Shown piece by piece: positions 36,751-50,721 of a DNA stretch of 64,000 bases; the first letter of the stretch is position 1, and each line of letters begins with the position of its first letter. The position numbers and the translations under genes were made by a program. The stretch is from Callorhinchus milii (taxonomy: Eukaryota), in assembly GCF_018977255.1 (NCBI RefSeq), contig NW_024704742.1, forward strand, positions 83,144,001-83,208,000, read 5' to 3'. The notes under the pieces were generated by a model. It did not search any database, was not told where the DNA came from, and worked only from the letters and a program-made list of their open reading frames with translations.

Positions 36751-39700
36751 CAAGGATAGAGGGATAAACTGGAGAGTTGGCAGGTTCTTAGCATAGGATT
36801 TCATAAGGCTGTAATTTTGGCCATCTGCACGACTGAAGTTCACCAGGTTGAACTGTCTAAATCCTCTCGCCAGATGTGTGAGACTCAGAGACTCCGCTTG
36901 GGAAGAATGAGGATGAACCGGGTCAACCAGATGCAGGGTTGGGATTGTAAAAGGACATTAGGATCATTGGTAAGAACATGAGCCAAGGAGATTCACAGAC
37001 TGTACTGCATGCACCTCAGTGTGTCTGCACATAAGCAGCTCTGCTGGAACATTTTCCACATGTAAATTGAGCAGGACTGAGTGCTTAGGTGCTTATTCCT
37101 ATAGGTTAACTTTTGACCCAGAGAGAGTGTGGATTATATTCAACCGATCAATGCTGGGAAACAACAAAAAGAATTTAAAAGGTTGATGTAGGGTCTAAAA
37201 TCTATGCAGTACAGAACGTTCCCCTCAGGCTCTATATTTACAAATGTCAGCACAAGGACATGGAAAGGAACAAAGCACCTACCAGGATAGGAGCTTTGGA
37301 TTGCCAGTGACTACGCTTATTCAGAATCTTTGTTTGGTTAAGACGGTGTCTCGATACTGCAATCAATAAAATAGAAATTCAATGTGTGACATGCCCAGCT
37401 TCTTTCAAATGCAGCCATCAAAAAGTTCATTGAGGGAGCTTGTCTCCAGCACACCAGTGGAGCCGTCCATGCCTTCACTATCGAAAAGTTGCCAGATTAA
37501 CCATATGTTAATTATCACAAAGCATAAAATTGATGCCCTCCCCCCTCCCCCCCCAATTATGATTTATGCTTTGGAGTACTCCCTTCCTCTGATACGATGA
37601 ATAGAGCTGTGCATGGTGAGTGGCATTGCCCACTTGTGATTTCGTTGGAACAGAACTTTACAACATAAGAGTGTGCAAAGATAACTGCACCCAATATGCC
37701 TCCCCTCAGGGCTATGAAACATTGCAAACAAAATAGCTAAAGTTGTGGATGTGCTCCTTTATAACAGTTCAGATTAAAGAACAATTCAGTAGAATATAAT
37801 TGTCTTGTAAGAATATACATATATTATGGGATGTATAATTTGTTTTATAGCATCTGATCAAATAAATTTGACTTACACAAAATCCCTGAAAGAGTGTTGA
37901 ATAGATTTCCCAGTAAAATATATTCTCTAGGATGTTTCAATAAGGCATCTGTCACCAGCAAAATGTAATAGCTCTTGTTATCGGTCATGTACACAATGAT
38001 CATCTGACATTTATCAAGTGGTACAAACAGACGTTTCATAGATAGATGTTCATGACAATGTGCAAAGTTGTCATAATTTGTCACCCCAGGGTATGCTTTG
38101 ATTGCTGTGTGCTGCAGAGATGCAATGGCGGAGCCCACTTTGAGCGAGCTGCATCCTCAGTGATCGATTGAGACATAAATTTGCAGGTTTTATTTCCTGC
38201 TTTGGTCTTTTTTGTGGTAAATTAATATAATAATGGAGTACAGCCCAATCTCATTCATAGGTTGCTACAATATAGCTCCTTGCTTACCTTCTCTCAAAAC
38301 AACTGCAAATAAGGTCAGCCCAAAAATCATTTCCTGTCTCATGAGAGATTGTAGATACTTCAATTAATGAAAGCTTCTTTTTCACTTCCTAACTTGCTGA
38401 CAAAAGCAACCAGTTAATGCCATTCCAACTGATGTAGTGAAAATTGAATAATTCTTGTGCAATTTGAATTGAACTGTTTTGTTTCCCGTCTTGGGAACCA
38501 AAGGTGCTACCTAAGAGTACATAAGGAAATGTGATATACAGCAGAGCAGGAGGTAGAAGCTCTGTACTTTCTCAAAAGGGTTCACCATCTGGTAGTCATG
38601 GAAATAAGTTTGCCATCAATTAATTGGAAAAGAACTTTGAAGGTGAATGTATAATATAATTGTATACGGCACTAATGCCCTGTGTTCAAACCACTACAGC
38701 TTGGTCCTTTGCTGGAGGTTTAAAGACATTATTCTGAAACCCGAAAACAGAGCATGCTGAAGGCATTTTACTTGAACTGAAATAGATATATTTGCCAGTA
38801 AAAGGATTAAAGCAGTATGCACAAAAGATGAAAATAAAATATGGCATGATACCCCCTCCCTCATCGAACTCTGTGAGGGGTTCTGAATGAAGATCTGCCC
38901 TTACCTCATTAATAAGACATTGTTTTTTCCTGCTTCATCATCTAATGACAAGCCTGTTGCCTCGCGAGGTTTTTCCGCCCAGTCACAAACTAGCAGAGCT
39001 GGGTATGTTGTTACAGCTGGTACCAAAGCCACTATTAACACCCCCAAAAGCCACTTGGCAATCCAGTACAACATCCTTTGCGATGATCGCTGACTAAAAA
39101 CAAAGCATAGAGATATTGTGATTCAGAAAATGCCTGAGAGAAAAAATCTTCTGCAGAAATTGAGGGTAGGGAGGGGTGTGTGGAACATTCCCAAACCTGA
39201 TGTCAAGGGCAGTTTTTGTTAAATAGATCTGAGCGCTCCAAGACGGCACCCCTTATGAAGGGTGCTATATAAATGTGAGTTGTTGCTCTTGTAGATTTAT
39301 GTTAGATTGCACAACATCATTCAGTCCAACTAGTCCGTGCCCATTTTAAGGACATATTTTAATCCCATTTTCTGTCCATATCATCGGAATTGCGTAGCAA
39401 ACAAGATGAATAACACTGTGCTTACAGAGCACCTATCACACAGGATGAATGTCTTGCAGTGCTTTTAAACGTTACAAGTGAGAGTTCTGCTCCTGAATTA
39501 TGTGTCCAAAGAGCGATATTAATTAATGTTTGGAAGCCTGTTTGTGACGGAATGCTCTTTAAGGGTCATAAAATATCCTGTTTACTGACCTTAACGTCAC
39601 CCTGCGAAGAATTATGGTATCATTTGAAATCATTTGTCAGTCAGTACTGCTGCTAATATATGTTCTCATAACAATTAACTTCCTGCAGTGTACATACATG

Positions 39701-39869
39701 TCTCAAATGCTCTTGACAGTAATGCCTCAGTAGATAGAGCTTGTTGAGGACCAGACATGAATATAAAATACAAACTAGTGCTGCTTATTTGGAGGCCCAA
39801 TGTGGTTATGAACCCACTCTTTTGCAAATATATATCATTGGCAAGATGATGTCAATATAATAGTCGATC

Positions 39870-40235
39870 ATTATAATAATAATAATCATAATCCTTGTAT
39901 TTTATATAGCTGCTATCACACTGTGTTGTCTCAAAGTGCTTCACAGGTAATTGCTATCGGTATTTTGTAGGTGAACGCAACTGACAAATGCAATGTATAC
40001 ATCAATGTTTCACAAACAGCTATGAAGTGAATGATTCATTTATCCAGAACATTGTTGCCTAGAAAACTTGGAGAAACGTCCTTCTTTTTTCAAGTAGTGC
40101 TGTGGAAACTTTAACGTTCAAACTGAACAGGCAGATAAAACCTTAGTTTAACGTGTTATCTGAACGACAGCGCCTCTGACTGTGTAGCACACCCCCCAGC
40201 ACTGAGTTGAGCCTAGACTGTGATCTCAAATTCCT
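39870..40235 (-). mobile_element. Deu-SINE
   Basis: Tail plus Deu core on the reverse strand. Confidence 0.78.
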
Positions 40236-40469
40236 ACATTTTGTGGAGTAAATAACATTGGAATTTGTAGTCTATTTATTAGACTAATAATCTTACAGCA
40301 ATTCTCTTTCTGATTGAATCTAACTGATCTTTTAAATTAAGATGCCTAGGTGAAGGACCAAAGTCCAAGGTGCAAAAACATCAATAAGGTTGAAAAGAGC
40401 ATGAAATACGATGAGATAGAGATAAGCTGAAAAGTGCGGCATTGTTTTTAGTTAATTAGATGTCTTTCT

Positions 40470-41452
40470 AAATTAAGGGTCACCTGAACTCTGAACTGGA
40501 ATTGGGATACTTAACAATACTGAGGATGTCACCCATATGGATAGGAGAATGGTGACACAGCTCTCTCTTACTTTTCATGCTGAGTTGCGCTGCTCACAAA
40601 GACTTATAGTGTGTTCCTGGTGCCTGCTATTCATCTAGTGAAGGCTCATACTTGCATTTGTTGGAGGTCTAATGACCAACTAATGGCAATCCTCCTTTGG
40701 AGGGGGTAATAATAATAGTAATAATAATAATCCTTGCATTTGATATAGCGCTTTTCACGTCGGGAGGACGTCCCAAAGCGCTTCACAGAACACACTGTAA
40801 AGTGAATTGACTGTATATTTGTGGGCGAACGCGGCAGCCAATTGCGCACAGCAATGTCCCACAAACAGTCGTAGATTAAAAATGACCAATTTATTATTGT
40901 TTTTGGTTTTGGAGGGATTATTATTAGGCGTGTGGAGTAAGGAAACTTGCCCAAGGTTTCGCCCTCTGCCTGGAAATGAACTCAGGTCTCTCGCTTGCAA
41001 AGCGAGTGCTCTAACCACTGAGCTACAGGACCCTAATCAGGGTCTCCTTGGGCTGTACTTGCTCCAAGGTGATGTGCCTTCTCATGGAATATTGGAACTG
41101 AGTTGATGATCTATGGTGATCTTGCTTTCTTTAACCTTTGCTAATCAAATCCCTAAATGGGTTGTGTGGTCCTACCTGAACAAGCAGCAGAAAAGATGCC
41201 AGACAGTGCTTGAATTGCAAGCTAGGTGGGTTTAGCTGGTTAAACTCCAGAAATACCGCAATCTACACTGTAGAGTCCCCAAGCCTTGGTACTTGTCAAT
41301 CTGCCCCTAATACTCACAGGGATTAGATAAGGAGGATGTGCCACTCCAGGAAGAGAGAGCACATTCCATTTCAGACACAGGGAAATATCCATGTGGAGGT
41401 GGATTACGTATGTGTAACTCCTAGTCTGGTTTGGATACTCTTAAGTATGGGT
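40470..41452 (+). repeat. Family X copy E, interrupted by a young SINE (40707-41032)
   Basis: 41170-41450 matches the reverse complement of copies A and B; 40470-40705 matches the reverse complement of copy F. Confidence 0.68.
40707..41032 (-). mobile_element. Young SINE, short form, full length
   Basis: Complete head and tail on the reverse strand. Confidence 0.93.
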
Positions 41453-41697
41453 TTGTTGGCCACGACATTAGGAGAAACTCCCTTCTCTTTTCAAATGGTG
41501 CCATGGGATTTTTATCATTCAGCTGAACAGGCAGATGAAGCCTTGGTTTAACATTTCATCCAACATTGCACCTCTGGCACTGCAGCGCTCCCCCAGTATT
41601 TCACTAGAGTGATAACCTAGACTGTTATCACCCAGCGTGCAGTTTCAACCCACAACCTTCTGACTCTGAGGCAAGAATGCTGCCGACTGAGCCAGGT
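41453..41697 (-). mobile_element. Deu-SINE (head + core)
   Basis: tttcaaatggtgccatgggat...ccacaaccttctgactctgaggcaagaatgctgccgactgagcc. Confidence 0.85.
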
Positions 41698-42434
41698 TGT
41701 AAAAATTGCCATTTGAAGTAAAAATGCTGATAGGGAAAGAAGAAAAAAATATTGAGTATGAGCAAATGCTTCCTTCCCACACAATTGGTATTGAACTTGA
41801 TATTTTCCACTAGGTTTCAAAGCCAGCTGTTTGGATGCCAACTGTTCTGTGTACCAGCTAGACTTTTCCAATATTAGAGAATAGCGTGACTAGTTATTAA
41901 TAAACCCAGGCCTATAAAAAGCTAGAAGTCTCGATGTGAATCAACTGGAGGGCTGATATTTTTTGAGGCAGTTTAGGATCTAAACATGAGAAATATGGGG
42001 AAGAGTTTTGATTAATGTTGCCCAGAAGCAGCTTACACATGTCTTTTTCAAAAGAATTGCCTCCGGGGAGGACCTTGCTTGAGGAGCACCAGCAGAGAGA
42101 TATCTAAGAGTCCCAGAGAATATAATGCAAGGACCAGACAGATTAAAAAATAACACACACAAAAAAATCAAATCACATACTATCATGTAATCTTTGCAAG
42201 AAATGCAATGTTTTTTATTACTACAGAGGGAAATCTTTCAGCAATCATGTCTGGTTTTCAATACTGGCCCAAGGCTTCAAGAGATGAGCTGAATGTTTAA
42301 GCTGAGAACAACAAAAAGGAACAACCTCTTTCAGTCTCAGGGACCAAATTTGGACAGGTGGGTTTGTATGTAAGAGACTAAGAGTAATATGGAGTTCCCG
42401 GGTGAACCCTGAGAGGTCCCTGGTTCAAGGAAGT

Positions 42435-42685
42435 TTAAGGGAGAAACTCCTCTTTTTTGAATAGTGCTATGGGATCTTTAACATCCACCTAAACAAGCAG
42501 AAGGGAATTCACCTTAACATCTCATCTGCAGGATGGCACCTACAACATTGCAGCCCAATCCACCCTGTCCCCTATTACACTGGAATGTCACTCTCTTAGA
42601 CTCTGGACTGAAAGTCCCGACATGCGGCTTGAACCCACAAGCGCTGACTCAGAGGCGGAAGCATTACCAAATGACAGCGGCTGAC
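42435..42685 (-). mobile_element. Deu-SINE (head + core)
   Basis: gaatagtgctatgggatctttaacatccacc...ttgaacccacaa...tgactcagagg. Confidence 0.8.
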
Positions 42686-44950
42686 ACCAATGTCATCATA
42701 ACCAAACTGAGGGGTGAGGGTGGGGGGATTGCACAATTTTATGGGTACCTTAAGATCTCAAGGAAACAAGCTTCAACATTAAGACTTAGTAAATTTAGTC
42801 TTAATTTAGAATTTTCCAAAGTTTATATTTTCTGAAATGCTAAAGTCTAGACCCAGGTAGAATCATCCCCCACCCCAGCTGATCCTGTCCTTATCCGATC
42901 TCTACACAAGTGTGTTTTCCAGCAGGGACCACTGGACAGTACTCAGGACCTGGAATCTGGCTGATTAATCGTAGCAAAATTACTGCCTTTGTACCTGAGA
43001 TTCACAGACGGAGACAAAGACTGTTGTGGCAGCATAGGCCGCTGGTTTGTGTTCACTCCAGAGGTGGGGGTCTGTACAGTACCTTTATGGACTGTTGTCA
43101 ATTGTGTTTTTATTATCTTACCACCAATTGGTTCCCTTTGCCTCATATTTTCTTGCACGTGGGCTAATTCTGCAAATTCACCTACATTCACTACACTTTA
43201 CAGTAAATCCCGTGAAGCACTCTGAGAAGTCCTCCTGATATGAAAGGCATTGTATCAAACACAAGGATTATTATTAGTAGTAGTTTAAATTTAACTTGAT
43301 ATAAATTACTGGAATGTGGCCGAATCTCAGTAGACATGATTCTCCAAACATTGGTAAATTTACAGCTTTTGGTGGGCTGAGTTCAAAATGATACTTTTCC
43401 TTTAATTTTGGGGGAGAAAATGCTGTCTGTGAAAACATAATTACCACCAATGAATATTTATTACATCGCACACACATTATTTTCTCTTCTCCTTTAGATT
43501 CAGAGAGAGAGAGAGAAACAGACTCAGGGAAACAGAAGCAGAAAGGAGGGGGGGTGTAGGGAGGGTGGGATGCGAAGAAAGGGGTAAGGAGAGAAAAAAT
43601 GTCAGAGAGAGAGAGTGAGAGAAATAAAAGGCTGGCACACAATGGTACTATAGTGACAATATAATGCCTGATTGAAGTCTTTTTGGTTAGTACTGTAACC
43701 AATTTGTATTATATGTGATGATCAATTATCTGCACCAGTTATTTATCCCAATTAGTGCTGATAATGGACTCCCTATAAAAATTACATCAGTTTTTTGGCC
43801 AGTAAATTGCATCAAATTAAGGTCCTGTTAAAGCATATCAGCCAAAAATATTACGCAAGGCATTGGCTTCAGGTCTGTTGCTGACCTGCTCACCCATGTG
43901 ACATTTTGTATGCATTTCTGGGTTCAGTCGCAGAGCCTGAGATATATTCAATGCAAATTGTATCCGCTTTTAATACATCAAATCCTGTTATTCCACCTGA
44001 GCTGAGCAGTGATTTGAATGGGATGCCAACGGCCAATTTAGATCATTTGCTTTCAATTTCCATATTATTTAAGCACGTTATAGCAGCTCGGGGAAGGTGG
44101 AGCCATAGGCTAGGGACTGCATTTTGTTGCAAAGTGCGACATCACTTACATTTGTGAGAGAAATCACTCTGTCTGTGGTAATGCACACTTGTTTTTGGTA
44201 GTATCTCACAACTGATGCGAGTAGAATGGCCTTTCATTGTGCACATTGAATTAAGCACAGCCTTAACACAATGACTAAATTATCAATTAACCCACTTAAA
44301 AGGGAGCCCCCGATGAAAGCTAGAAGTGAACTGAAATATTCCCAGGACGTGCATTGGCTTGGTTTACTTATATTTTGTGAAAAGCAGAAACGTTTACTGG
44401 GGTGGAGGTTTTATTTTGTGTATGGAAGCTTTGTAGCAGTAAAGAGAGATGAGAGAAGGGATACAAGAGGAATTTTGTGGAGGAATAATCCTTTCTGGAT
44501 CTTGCAGTTCAGGGAAACATTTACTGAATTACTGCAGCTTGTGGAAGGAAGAGTTGGGAAGAATGACAAGCAGCATCCTGGGAAGGGACCCAGGGTTTGG
44601 GTTTAGGGTTTAGGGTATTGGGAGCTCAGAATAAAGGAATTAATACATCAGTGCTGTGGATTGAGAATCATTACAGAGTGAACATGCGTGCGCTCAGTCA
44701 ACAGAAAATGGTGCACATGAATCCCACAGAGTACCATTCAAATTAAAATGCAGGTTGTATGGAATACTTAAAATCTGCTAGCAAATGTATAGGTCAACTT
44801 CCCAGGGTCATTGTTAGTCCACCCTGCTGCCCACAGGTTAGTGGTGAAAGATGAACGACTGACTGGAATGGGTGTGAGGCAACATAGATATTCTATCAAT
44901 GTAGAGAGTCAGTTAGAATGAAATTTGGAAAGCAGTAAGGGCAGAACATA

Positions 44951-45320
44951 TTAATAATAATATTAATAATCCTTGCATTTGACAAAGCACCTCATCATGT
45001 CATTGAGACGTCTCAAAAAGCTTTACAGAATATACTGTAAAGTGGAGCGACTGTGTATTTTGTGGACGAAAGTCACAGCCAATTGTGCACAGCAGTGTCC
45101 CACAAACAATCGTGGATTGAGTGACCACATTTTTTTTGGAGAGGAGGGGTTATTACCCCCAGAAAGTGATCCGCCAATCAACAAACAACCGGGATCCTAT
45201 TTATTGCTTGGTAAACAGAGACATGTGGAGTAAGGAAACTTGCCTAAGGTTTCGCCCCGCCAGGAATCGAACCCGGGTCCTCTCGCTTGCAATGTGAACG
45301 CGCTAACTTTGCTATGGGAT
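44951..45320 (-). mobile_element. Young SINE, long form
   Basis: Full body on the reverse strand, including ggaatcgaaccc B-box. Confidence 0.9.
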
Positions 45321-45530
45321 ATTCAGAATGCTAAGACATTAATTCCAATGCCTGGTCAGATGGGAGGCACTCTGCAGTGTGTACCTCAAGAGCTGGGCAA
45401 GATAGTATGCTTTGTATGCTGCTGTCTCATACAAAATTGAGTAAAACTGTGACAGATCAATCTCAATATGTTTGGAGTAAGCATGTATGAACCTTGAATG
45501 CCCTGGTGATAACAGGCTTTTGAAGCACAA

Positions 45531-46393
45531 CAGTTATATTATTTATATTACATGGTGCTAATTGTATGATGCTATATTATGCCATATTTTATTGTGTGGT
45601 GTTTTACTGTATAAAATGATGTCATATAACATGATGTTGTATTACATTGTATGATATTATGTTATACTGTGGAATCCTGTAGCTCAGTGGTTAGAGCACT
45701 CGACTGGCAAGCAAGAGACCTGGGTTCAATTCCAGGTCAGGGCGAAACCTTGGGCAAGTTTCCTTACTCCACACGCCTAATAATAAACAATAAATTGTTC
45801 ATTTTCAATCCACAACTGTTTGTGGGCCACTGCTGTGCGCAATTGGCTGCCGCGTTTTGCCCACAAATATACAGTCTTCACTTTACAACATATTCTGTGA
45901 AATGCTTTGAGATGTCGAGAAGACGTGAAAAGCGCTATATCAAATGCAAGGATTATGATTATTTTATTGTTTACTATGTAGTGCTAAATAGGGTTAAGGC
46001 AACATTGAAAGAAGGCTGAGTAAAAGGTAATGTGAGTGGCATGTATGAACCTTGAATGCCAGGGCGATGACAGGCTTTTGAAACACTTAATGCTGTCAAG
46101 TAGTTCCTTTACAAATGAACTGGGTACCTGTCTTTTTTTAAGAGTGGAGTTACAGGCAAGACGGATGAGCATAAACACAGATGATTGAATACACTGAGGA
46201 ACGTGATGGTTCATGTACTGCTGGGATCATAGATGAATCACCTATGGAATGATTTGGGCCAGAGTTATAAATATGTGCTTTAAAGTTGAATTCATATTCT
46301 GCTTGTTTGACTGAGAAATTTTGTGGAGCTTTGTCTTGCAAGTTTACCTGTGGTTAGTTGCCTCTCTTGCGAAATTAAATGAAGTGGCCAGAA
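45531..46393 (+). repeat. Direct repeat, copy 1 (~550 bp net of a SINE at 45671-45965)
   Basis: Colinear with 50675-51798. Confidence 0.9.
45671..45965 (+). mobile_element. Young SINE, short form
   Basis: Complete head and tail. Confidence 0.92.
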
Positions 46394-46504
46394 GGTGCAG
46401 TCCAGCATCTTATGGATAGTGGTTAAAGGCAAGGGGTTTGATAAGCCAAATTACCTTCACTGATTTCACACATTTTATATTGTGCAAAATCAAAAACGCA
46501 TTTG

Positions 46505-46845
46505 AGGCTTCCCCCTGATGGCCAAGTGAGTAAAGACATCATCTCACACAGCACTCATCAGAGAAACCAAACATTTGCAGGTTTGAAACCTGGGCTGTGT
46601 TATTGGCTGAATTCAATCAACGCATTAGTTAGAATAATACAACTAGTCTCTTCGCCCTTTGATTAAGACGGTGTAACTCGGACAAGAGTGTTTTTGTCCC
46701 TGCGATTTAGCCAGTGGAAAGTGAGCACGAGTAGACTTTGAATCAGCATCAGGCTTGCCTATAATGCTCCCCACAGTTGAATAGCCTGGAAATACCAGTG
46801 TCAAAGTTCATCAGCAGTGCCCTGGAGTACTATGGACCAGCTTGC
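46505..46845 (+). mobile_element. Family U SINE
   Basis: gatggccaagtgagtaaag head; ccccacagttgaatagcctg. Confidence 0.6.
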
Positions 46846-46914
46846 TGATGTCTGCTATAGGCAAACAACTGAGTCAGGAACTCGATTATTGAGACGCCCT
46901 CAAAGCCTAACCCC

Positions 46915-47346
46915 ATTCCAACATTCTGTTACCAAACATGTCACCTTAGAGCTAGTTCAGATCCAAGGAAACCTGTTTACCTCCCCGCCAGGAGGATAAC
47001 CACTAGTTAGTCATTTGATATCTGACAAGCACAGTTTTGAGCCCTCACTAGGTAGACGGTAGGCACCAGTAACTCCCTGTCAACTTCTTGGTGTGCAACA
47101 CAGCTCAGCTTAGCTGTGTTGCAGCTGTATTGAGAGTATTGCCACCAATCTCCTGCCCACAGTTTGGACACACATCCCTACTCAATGAGCAATGGTTCCA
47201 CCAGTTGGAAATGAGGCCACCAGCCCTTAACTCTTTCCATACTAATCAAGGTGGATTCCAAGCTCTGGATTTATGAACCTGTATTCACAAACATGAAGTT
47301 CGGGTAATGGCTTCCAGCAGTTGCTATCACAAGCCTCAGAGTTCCC
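46915..47346 (-). repeat. Family X copy F (putative 5' portion)
   Basis: aaacatgtcac...ttacctcccc matches copy A 30595-30700; the rest matches copy E. Confidence 0.65.
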
Positions 47347-47967
47347 TCATCAAGTATTTAATTGCTGTCTGCCTTCAGCATATACAGACAACTTGTAACA
47401 TGGCAGCCATCTTAATGTTCTAAAGAGTAGGTCCAATGTAGTCTCCCAAGTATACTCAACGCCAACTGCTTAATCCAGTTCCTCTTGTGAGGGCTTCAGC
47501 AAATCGACAGTATGAAGCTCCTTTTGCCATGGGTAAACAAATTACCTATTATTGTTACCACATGTGTAAGGAAAACTCATGTTCCACTGTGCATAGCTAT
47601 ATTCTAGTGATAGTAAACACTGTCTGTAGAGTAACATATTTGTCAAAAACGTTTAGTCACTATTAATAAAGGATTTTCAATGTGTTTTATTCATTACTTG
47701 CTGAAATAGTATTTTACCCCCAGTGACCAGAATGCAGCACAAGGTATCTTGTTCTATTTTGTAATCCAAGATATGAAGCCTCATTTAGAATTCTCCTAAG
47801 GTATTGCAATAAAAATCTTTCATTCCTTCCTTTTGTTTAATATATGAAATATAGCATACGTGGGAATGAGAGGAGAGGGAGCCTCTTAAACAATACATGA
47901 GGGTTCAAAAGAATGTAACAATTTTTTAACTTCACAATATTTGTGACAGCTGTGGATAATAGATGTG

Positions 47968-48445
47968 GCAGCTTGGCTGAGTCTCACTCGCTGTGGTTCA
48001 GAAGGTTGTGGGTTCCACTTTGTACTTGCAGCTTACAAGAACAACAACTTGCATTTAAGTAGCACCCCTCACACGCGGTAGCACCCTGGGGCACTTGACA
48101 GTGGAGGAACACGAGGCTGAGCTGGGGAGGAGGGGGGAGATTGAGTGTTGCATTTTCAGAGATGCATCCTTTAGAGGAAACATTAAAGGGGAGGTCCTGT
48201 TTGATTGCACATGTGGATGTTAAAGAATCTATGACGCTATTCGAAAAGAGAAAGGAGTTTCTTCCGGTCTCCTGGCCAACAATCCTCCAGATACAATTGT
48301 CATGCATTGGTCATTATAAGATCCTGATGTGTGCAAAGTGACTGCTACAAATACACAGTCACTACAGTTGACAGGAAATCTCTGTGGAGTGCTTTGAGAC
48401 ATTTTGATGTTAAAGGCACCATATCAATGTCAGCATTATTTATTT
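47968..48445 (+). mobile_element. Deu-SINE with an inserted L2 tail (~48036-48130, minus)
   Basis: cagaaggttgtgggttc head, Deu core and tail. Confidence 0.75.
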
Positions 48446-49498
48446 TAATACAGCCAAAACTACTCTATAAAATGAGATTCTGGGTGTTATGGATGTTTGA
48501 TTCAGAACCTATTGATTGAATAACATGAATACCATAGAAGCATGAGGACATAAACCCTGCAAAACCCAATAAGATTCTACCCCGTCTTTTCATTGTCTAT
48601 ATAATGGTATCACAGGCTGCACACAGGACAACCCATAATCAGGAACAAACCGGCCTAGGTTTTGAATGCCCATCATAAAATGTCTCAATTCAGGGCACCT
48701 CTGCAAGCAGTCAGCGGAAGTTGTTCTGTAACATACTGAGCTTGTCATTGATGTACTTAATTTCTATTGATTTACTTAAATTCAAAACCAGAGACAACCG
48801 TTTTACAATCTCTAAGATGCTCAGTTGTTTGTCTAAAGCAGCCATAAAGCAGTGGTAGCCCAATGTGTACAAGAGGACAGAGGGCAGAGACCTCCTGCGT
48901 CCAGACAATAAACAGTGGCATGTGATTGTAGTGTTTATATGACAGGAGGGAGCACCACTGTATCTGGAGATAAGTATATCATGGCTTACAGTGCTGGTGC
49001 CTTTAACTTACTGCTCTCTCACCACAGCCACAGCTCAACGCTGCAACGTAAATGTAGCATTAAATTACTCATCAGTAAGCAATTAGGACTTCAGTTAATT
49101 TGCTGGATTTTTGAACTTGCTTGAAGAAAGTTTTTCTTTGGAACTTTAAGTGGAGGAAATGGATTATAATCTGAACAAGGCATGAAATTCACAGCACTGG
49201 GAAAGAAGTTAGGTGGAGAGAGAGAAAAAGAGCTGCAGTAGGTCACAAGAAATTAGATGTAACACAAGTAGAGAAATACCAATGTATGATTTGAAAGGAA
49301 GGGAGCCAAACTCTGGTATTGTAAATGTTGAGATACTTTGATTCTCTTCATACACAGCTGGAAAATAACTAGCTGTTGACCCATTAAATTTTCAAGCCTT
49401 TGCAAGTGTAATGTTATGTTGGATGATACATTATTCTATGATATTTTTGTGTGATGTTTCTGATATTATGTCAGATATTATATTTTTTTCTACATTGT

Positions 49499-49866
49499 GG
49501 AGTCCTGTAGTTCAGTGGTTAGAACACTCGCCTTGCAAGAGAGAGACCCAGGTTTGATTCCTGGCAGAGTGAAATATTGGGTCAAGTTTCCTTACTCCAC
49601 ATGCCTCCGTTTACCTAGTAGTAATTAGGAACCTGGTTGGTAGTCGATCGCTTTTCCAGTGGTAATAATTCCTTCAAAAAAAATAATAATAATAAATTAC
49701 TCACTTCAATCCACGATTGTTTGTGGGACACTGCTATGTGCTATATTGGCTGCTGCGTTTCGCCCACAAAATATACAGTCAATTTACTTTATTCCGTGAA
49801 GGGCTTTGAGACGTCTTGAAGACATGATAAGGCACTATATCAAATGCAAGGATTATTATTATTACA
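49499..49866 (+). mobile_element. Young SINE, long form
   Basis: Complete head, long body and tail. Confidence 0.9.
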
Positions 49867-49871
49867 TTACA

Positions 49872-49933
49872 TTCTGGAATTAGGTAAGTAGGGTGCATCC
49901 TTCCGGAGAATGGACTACGCAGTCCATTCCACA
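49872..49933 (+). repeat. Family X fragment D
   Basis: ttctggaattaggtaagtagggtgcatcc is the reverse complement of the gcatcctgcttacctaattccagaa block in copy A. Confidence 0.6.
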
Positions 49934-50343
49934 CAACAACAACAAGATTACATTTGGAAAGGGCCTCTCACGTCGGGAGGACGTCCCAAGGCGCTGGACA
50001 GTGCACAGCATTTCAGACCCAAGCTGGGATCAGGGAGGGAAAGGGAAAGGTAACTCAAGGACACCGATTTAAAATAGTTGTTGAAAGAAATAGAGGGGAA
50101 GTGAGGAGAAATTGTTTCACACAGTGAGTTGTTTGGATCTGGAATGCATTGCCTGAAAGGGTGGTGGAAGCCGATTCGATAACAACTTTTGAGAGAGAAG
50201 TAGATAATTATTTGGGGAGGACAAGTTTACAGGGCTATGGGGAGAGAGCAGTGTAGTGGGATTGAATTGGATAGCTCTTTTCAAAGAGCTGGCACAGATA
50301 CGATGGGCCGAATGGCCTCCTCCTGTGCTGTATAATTCTATGA
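49934..50343. mobile_element. L2 3' tail (49934-50065, minus) abutting a CR1 3' end (50066-50343, plus)
   Basis: CR1 part: RGEVRRNCFTQ*VVWIWNALPERVVEADSITTF; gatgggccgaatggcctcc...attctatg. Confidence 0.85.
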
Positions 50344-50721
50344 ACGCATGCTTCATGTTATTCCACCAGGGGTGGTGCTGTGACACAAATGGGAAATGCA
50401 CATGGTAAGCATATTTGGGACTCTCAGTCTGCTTAGGATACCACTTTTCAAGACAGGCATTTGGCTCATTTGTAAATGAGTGAATTGACAGCATTAGATG
50501 CTTTAATGGTCTGCCATTGCCATGACATTCAAGGTTCACATGTGCACACTCCAACCATATTGCTCACACTGCTTTTTACACAGCTTTCCTCGTAATCATC
50601 CTTTCTTCTGATACTCCACTCTGAAGCAAGGCAATGTGGGTTTCTGTATGTGTCAAAAAGCCAGCTGACCAAACAAGTTATATTTATATTGTATGGTGTT
50701 AATTGTATGATGCTATATTAT

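Noticed and set aside
40646..41018. Recurrent ORFs ending ...[11 protein letters not shown] (also at 14644, 30197, 45651, 50888, 52796, 55792, 59878)
   Set aside because: Read-through of SINE copies, not a protein family.
44595..44621. Interstitial telomeric repeat
   Set aside because: Only two TTTAGGG units.
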